A DNA stretch of 42,655 nucleotides, from positions 1 through 42,655 of the forward strand of contig JAGSHN010000026.1 in NCBI GenBank assembly GCA_029855935.1, given 5' to 3'. Within the stretch, counting starts at the first letter, position 1, and the number at the start of each line of letters is the position of its first letter. A program made the translations under genes and the position numbers. This DNA comes from Candidatus Thorarchaeota archaeon (GTDB lineage: Archaea; Asgardarchaeota; Thorarchaeia; Thorarchaeales; Thorarchaeaceae). A model generated the notes under the pieces. The model did not search any database. It had not been told where the DNA came from and worked only from the letters and a program-made list of their open reading frames with translations. This document shows, piece after piece, positions 37,603 to 42,655 of this stretch.

Positions 37603-40600
37603 ATGCCACGATCCGGCTTTCGCCCAAGTATGTTTGTTATTGACATCACGGTCTTCTTTCTGATGCAGCTGACTCCGATGGCCGCATCGCAGATTGTTGC
37701 GTCAAACAACGACGCCTATCATCCGGACACTAGTCTTGTGCTTCTCCCCGATCGCTCGGTCGTGCCACAGCCTCCAGGGACTCTCACGCTCACGCCTGTG
37801 AGCGGGCCATTGCTATCACCCGTGAGGGTCATGCAGCCGTCCAATGTGGTCGACTTCGAGAAGCGCAAGGCTGAGATATTCGCCTCCGTGGATCAGAACG
37901 GGAACAAGATTCACGACGAGCTGGACAGCATTGTCAGGGAGCGCGAGGCTGCGGGAGCCGCTGACGAGCCCGTCCGTGTCATAGTTGCTGTAGAGGATGG
38001 CGAGCTCGACCGTGCCACAGGCGAATTCAAGTCGCTTGGTGGCGTCCTGTACCAGAGGTACGAGGGTGCATTCTATGGGTTTGCAGGAGACATACCCTAC
38101 AGCGCCGTGACAGACGTATCCTCACTCTGGGAGGTCGAACTTGTGGAACGCGATCAGCCAATGATGAGGATGTCTGATCTCAGTACTCTGCTCACTGGAG
38201 TCCGGAACTATGTCTGGGACACGCTTGGATACACCGGCGACCCCAACAGTTCAATTGCTGTTCTCGACACGGGAATTGATGATACTCATCCCATGCTCTC
38301 ACCGTACGGCGACCTTGATTTTGCCAATGCCAAGATAGTGGGATGGCACGATGCCACGGGTGATGGTTCGACCTCTCCTGAGGACATGAACAGTCACGGG
38401 AGTCACTGTGCAGGTATTGCTGCTGGTAAGGAATACGCCTCAGAGACTGGTGACGGCCGTATTCAGACGACGTGGGGAATCAAGTATCCGTACTCCTCGC
38501 TCAGCGGAGGAGCGTCAGGCTATTTTGTCTATTACATTGACGTGAAGTCGCCTGGCCTTGTGGAGGTCAAGACCCTCTGGAGCGGCACCTCCGGAGTGAT
38601 GAGCAATGATGTCATCCTCAGAACACCTAACGGGACCTACGCCGACCACGTCGTCAGCTCCGCATCGCAGAGGGATCTGAGCGCGCTGGCTAATGCCACG
38701 GATATTGGGTTGTGGTCCGTGTGGATTCACGTGTCATTTCCTTCTGGCCTGAATCAGGAGTTCCGTGCCACTGGCGTCAATACCTATCCCTACGACTCGC
38801 CAACCGACGGTCATCTGCGATTCAGTGGAGTCGCCCCTGACACAAAACTGGTCAGTGTGAAGGTCTTTGACAACACTGGTTCCGGCTCGTCGACGGACTT
38901 GGTCAACGGCCTCGACTGGGTGTATAACAATGCGGAAAAATATCACATCACTGTGGCATCGATGAGCCTTGGATTCTCGGATACCGTTGCCTCAGTCGAC
39001 TCGGCCACCGCGAAGCTTGTCTCGAAGGGAATAGTCACCTGTGTCAGTGCCGGCAACGACGGGCAGGGCGCCAACAACATCAATACGCCCGGGCATGTCG
39101 ATGAGGTGATCTGTGTTGGTGCCACTGGCGATCACAATCAGGTGACATCCTACTCATCTCAAGGTCCTGGTCATCTCAACACCCAGAAGCCTGACCTCGT
39201 CGCTCCGGGTGGCGTGTCCTCACAGGGCGCGATTCTCTCTGTCGACTCCAATGACCAGGAGGCGGACGGTGCGTTCTCTGAGCAGCAGCCGAATGATATG
39301 GCAATAATGCAGGGAACGTCAATGTCATGTCCGTATGTCGCTGGCCTTGCAGCACTCCTTGTTGATGCGATGGGCGGGTACAGTAGCTGGACCTATGATA
39401 GCACCGCGAATCCGTTCACCGTGAAACAGATACTGATGATGACGAGCTACGAGGTATGGTCACACGACCGCGGAGGGAAGGATGTCGTTGAGGGCTATGG
39501 TCGTGTCTGTGCTGATGCTGCTCTCGAGGCGTACCTCTACGAGCATGTCATCGGCACCGCCGAGACTGGGACAATCGTGACTGGCGATGCCGGCCGCAAG
39601 GCTTGGGCCCGACATATGTCTCTCACGGCGGGGACCATCTACACGTTCGATCTTGATGTACCTGCGATGGCCGACTTTGACCTCTTCCTATATGACGGGG
39701 CCTACGACACGTATGGGGAGCCCGTCCTACTTCGTCGATCGATCAACTTCGCCCCTGGTGCCTCAGAGCACATAACATTCACCCCCTCGACCAGTGGCAC
39801 GTATTACATCGTAGTGAAGTACGTGACTGGAGAGGGCGGTACATTTACTCTCTCCAGTCGGTCTGGCACGTCGTTCCCATCGGTGAGCTTCAACAACCCC
39901 GCAGAGAATGATGTCCTTACTGGCTCTCTGACCGTTCAGGTGTCAGCCAGTGGAACTGGCCTCTCGTCTGTCGAGCTCAGGTTCTGGAACGACACGTGGA
40001 TTGACATAACGAGTGGCTACAACTCTGGCACGGGCTACTACGAGTACACTATGAATGTGTCCTGCATCGAGACGGGAAATGTGACGTTCGTCGCACGTGC
40101 AACGTCGCCGAGTGGAACAAGCTATGCCTCTGTCAACGTGTACGTGTCTACGTCGAGTCCGCAGATTCTCCTAGTCGATGATGACAATGGTGCCTCCTAT
40201 GAGAGCTACTACAAGGCCGCATTGGAGGATCTGGGGCTCAAGGAGAACGTCGCATATGATGTGTGGACAGTGTCCTCGGATGGATCTCCCTCTGCATCAA
40301 AGCTTCAATCCTACGTGATAGTCATATGGTTCACGTCTGACGACTATCAGACAACACTCTCCGACACTGATAGGGCCAACCTGCAGACCTTCCTCAATGG
40401 AGGCGGCAAGCTGTTCATCTCGGGTCAGGACATAGGATACGACTCGTCAAACAGTAACTGGGAATCATGGATTCAGACCTACCTCCACGGCGACTATGCC
40501 AACAATGACGACACGAACGGCAACGCGGTCAATGGTGTGGCGGGTGATGCTGTGTTTGATGGGGTCAGCTACTCTCTTGGCGATGGAGATGGCGGTGGCA

Positions 40601-42655
40601 ACAATGGCTATCCCGATGAGATCTCGCCCATCAACGGTGGCATTCAGTGCCTCACTTATGATGTCACCGGGACACCCGGTGCCGCTGTGAGATATGCTGG
40701 CACCTACAGAGTGGTCTATTTCGGTTTCAACTTCGAGGCGATATCCTATGCCGCCGACCGCACTGATGCGATGGACCGGGTGCTGGACTTCTTGGGTCTC
40801 GATTTGGCCCCATCCCTGCAGGTCTCATCTCCCTCACGATTCTCTTGGGTGTACTCGCCTGTGACTGTGAGCTGGACTGCAACCGATGACGTGTCGGTCT
40901 CGTATGTCGAGGTCTACCTTGACGGCCAACTAACGGCACACGTCACCAACAGTTCAGTGCAGGTGACTGTCAGCGAGGGCAATCACACACTCCGTGTGGT
41001 GGCCGTTGACTCCATTGGCCAGATAACGGTGCGTCAAGTCATCATCTATGTTGACAACACCGACCCCACAATCACCTTTCTGTCACCAGCCGCGGGTGCT
41101 GTGGTGAAGAGCGGCACCACCGTCGATGTCGACGTATCGGACGAACATCTTGATACTGTCTACTACAGATGGGACTCGAGAGTCTGGCAGGTCTTCACGT
41201 CACCATATGACACCGTGGTGCCCTCTGGTGATGGCCCTCACACGCTGTACGTGAATGCAACGGACCTTGCAGGCAATCTTGCAGCATCCTCCCGGCAGTT
41301 TGTCTGTGACGACACGGCGCCCACCATCACTCTAGTCAGTCCAGCTGCAGGCAGTGTTCAGCAGAGCGGGGTCACCGTTGACCTCGACGTGTCAGACGCG
41401 CACCTCAGTACTGTGCGCTATCACTGGGACTCTGATGCTTGGGCGGACCTTCCAGCACCCTTCGACACCACAATCCCGAGCGGCGATGGCGACCATACAC
41501 TCTATGTCAACGCGACTGATGAGGCTGGCAACTATGCGCTAGTGTCCTATACCTTCACGACCGACGACACTCAGCCCACCGTCACTCTGATCTCACCCGC
41601 GAACAACACAGTTCAGTCTGGCGGCACCACAGTGGACCTCTCTGTCTCGGACCTGCATCTCAGTACCGTCTACTATCGCTGGGACTCGGGATCCTGGGCT
41701 GTGCTCCCCGCCCCATACGACACTCAGATTCCCGAAACCGAAGGGATGCACATTCTGTACGTCAATGCCACAGATGAGGCTGGCAACGTCCGGCGCGAGA
41801 CGTACGTCTGGACAGTACCGTCAACAGGCAGCGCTCCGTCGGTGTGGTTGGTCTCCCCTCCTGACGAGAGTGTGAACCAGAGCGGTACGACGATTGACCT
41901 GAACATCACAGATGCTGATGGCGATCTCGGCACCGTCTACTACTGGTGGGACATTGGGTCGCCCGCAGTGCTGCCGTCTCCATATGACACAAGTCTTCCA
42001 TCCGGCGATGGTCCCCACACGCTCTATGTAAACGCTACAGACAGCGCTGGCCACTACACGTACGTCAGCTTCTCGTTCATCACAGACGACACACCACCAT
42101 CAATCACGCTCGACTCTCCACCCGACGGGTCTGTGATACGGTCGGGCACGACCGTGTACTTCAACGTGACCGACTTGAACTCCATAGTGAGCATACTGTA
42201 CGCCTGGGACGCCGCCGGGAATCTATCGCTTCCTGGTCCTTACAACAAGACCACCTACAATGTGAGCACCTCGGGTCTGTCGGAGGGTCTACATACGCTC
42301 ACGCTCTACGCCACAGACGAGGCTGGCAACGAGGCCTCGGCACAGTATACATACACGGTGGATGACACACCGCCCTCAATCACGCTCGTTTCACCGCCTG
42401 ACGGTTCCGAGATTCAATCTGGGACGACAATCGACCTTGATGTGACTGATCCGCACACTGTGCAGCAGGTACTGTACAATTGGGATGGAGGCTCTAACGC
42501 TTCGCTCTCAAGTCCGTACGACGTGTCAACAACTGGTCTGTCTGAAGGGTCTCATACTCTGAACGTCTATGCAAGCGACGGGCCCGGGAACTGGGCATTT
42601 GCATCGTACTCCTTTGTAGTCGACGATACTCCCCCAAGTGTCGTACTGAACTCGC
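37603..42655 (+). CDS. Large secreted S8 subtilisin-like protease with PPC-like, GATase-like and Ig-like repeat domains (3' truncated)
   Basis: Frame starts at ATG 37603 and appears open to the window end, which explains its absence from the ORF track; AVLDTGID (Asp 38266), HGSHCAG (His 38395), SAGN, GTSMSCP (Ser 39319); N-terminal hydrophobic segment and I9-like propeptide. Confidence 0.93.
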   Translation, partial: MPRSGFRPSMFVIDITVFFLMQLTPMAASQIVASNNDAYHPDTSLVLLPDRSVVPQPPGTLTLTPVSGPLLSPVRVMQPSNVVDFEKRKAEIFASVDQNGNKIHDELDSIVREREAAGAADEPVRVIVAVEDGELDRATGEFKSLGGVLYQRYEGAFYGFAGDIPYSAVTDVSSLWEVELVERDQPMMRMSDLSTLLTGVRNYVWDTLGYTGDPNSSIAVLDTGIDDTHPMLSPYGDLDFANAKIVGWHDATGDGSTSPEDMNSHGSHCAGIAAGKEYASETGDGRIQTTWGIKYPYSSLSGGASGYFVYYIDVKSPGLVEVKTLWSGTSGVMSNDVILRTPNGTYADHVVSSASQRDLSALANATDIGLWSVWIHVSFPSGLNQEFRATGVNTYPYDSPTDGHLRFSGVAPDTKLVSVKVFDNTGSGSSTDLVNGLDWVYNNAEKYHITVASMSLGFSDTVASVDSATAKLVSKGIVTCVSAGNDGQGANNINTPGHVDEVICVGATGDHNQVTSYSSQGPGHLNTQKPDLVAPGGVSSQGAILSVDSNDQEADGAFSEQQPNDMAIMQGTSMSCPYVAGLAALLVDAMGGYSSWTYDSTANPFTVKQILMMTSYEVWSHDRGGKDVVEGYGRVCADAALEAYLYEHVIGTAETGTIVTGDAGRKAWARHMSLTAGTIYTFDLDVPAMADFDLFLYDGAYDTYGEPVLLRRSINFAPGASEHITFTPSTSGTYYIVVKYVTGEGGTFTLSSRSGTSFPSVSFNNPAENDVLTGSLTVQVSASGTGLSSVELRFWNDTWIDITSGYNSGTGYYEYTMNVSCIETGNVTFVARATSPSGTSYASVNVYVSTSSPQILLVDDDNGASYESYYKAALEDLGLKENVAYDVWTVSSDGSPSASKLQSYVIVIWFTSDDYQTTLSDTDRANLQTFLNGGGKLFISGQDIGYDSSNSNWESWIQTYLHGDYANNDDTNGNAVNGVAGDAVFDGVSYSLGDGDGGGNNGYPDEISPINGGIQCLTYDVTGTPGAAVRYAGTYRVVYFGFNFEAISYAADRTDAMDRVLDFLGLDLAPSLQVSSPSRFSWVYSPVTVSWTATDDVSVSYVEVYLDGQLTAHVTNSSVQVTVSEGNHTLRVVAVDSIGQITVRQVIIYVDNTDPTITFLSPAAGAVVKSGTTVDVDVSDEHLDTVYYRWDSRVWQVFTSPYDTVVPSGDGPHTLYVNATDLAGNLAASSRQFVCDDTAPTITLVSPAAGSVQQSGVTVDLDVSDAHLSTVRYHWDSDAWADLPAPFDTTIPSGDGDHTLYVNATDEAGNYALVSYTFTTDDTQPTVTLISPANNTVQSGGTTVDLSVSDLHLSTVYYRWDSGSWAVLPAPYDTQIPETEGMHILYVNATDEAGNVRRETYVWTVPSTGSAPSVWLVSPPDESVNQSGTTIDLNITDADGDLGTVYYWWDIGSPAVLPSPYDTSLPSGDGPHTLYVNATDSAGHYTYVSFSFITDDTPPSITLDSPPDGSVIRSGTTVYFNVTDLNSIVSILYAWDAAGNLSLPGPYNKTTYNVSTSGLSEGLHTLTLYATDEAGNEASAQYTYTVDDTPPSITLVSPPDGSEIQSGTTIDLDVTDPHTVQQVLYNWDGGSNASLSSPYDVSTTGLSEGSHTLNVYASDGPGNWAFASYSFVVDDTPPSVVLNS
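41053..42655 (+). repeat. Tandem Ig-like repeats, about 85-92 aa each (six plus the start of a seventh)
   Basis: D[DN]TxP.ITL.SP...SGT..DL.V.D...Y.WD...PYDT...G.HTLYVNATD.AGN units starting near 41053, 41308, 41563, 41821, 42085, 42361, 42622. Confidence 0.9.

Noticed and set aside
38515-42054. Several short ORFs listed in the track
   Set aside because: Out-of-frame or antisense shadows of the long protease ORF
41053-42655. Periodic repeats as a CRISPR array or mobile element
   Set aside because: Degenerate in-frame units of about 255-276 nt encoding Ig-like domains

Overview
Archaeal chromosomal segment, most consistent with an Asgard archaeon, probably Thorarchaeia. This is inferred from a very Sec61-like SecY, a Rab-like small GTPase, a selenocysteine cluster and tandem Lrp proteins. 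Bases 1-19 are a Tn5/Nextera adapter remnant. 20-8.5 kb is the distal spc-type ribosomal cluster (uL18, uS5, uL30, uL15, secY, adk, EMC3/TMCO1-like, eL34, cmk, eL14, cbf5), interrupted by an Hsp20 gene and a Rab-like GTPase. An RNA-processing-rich region follows: RNase P RNA, tsr3, tiaS, S13-S4-S11 without rpoD, intron-containing tRNA-Ser(GGA), RNase Z and tRNA endonuclease. At 25.8-30.1 kb there is a selenocysteine island (selB/EFSec, SepSecS, an unknown ORF, tRNA-Sec with a 9/4 fold, PSTK), with a SelD-superfamily protein lacking the SelD Cys/Sec motif 2.3 kb upstream. The rest holds tfb, several hypotheticals, an apparently dead deacylase homolog, leuS with a structured leader, and a >1680-codon secreted subtilase with Ig-like repeats that runs off the window end. 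No CRISPR array or mobile element was seen. All calls come from reading motifs by eye; no searches were run.
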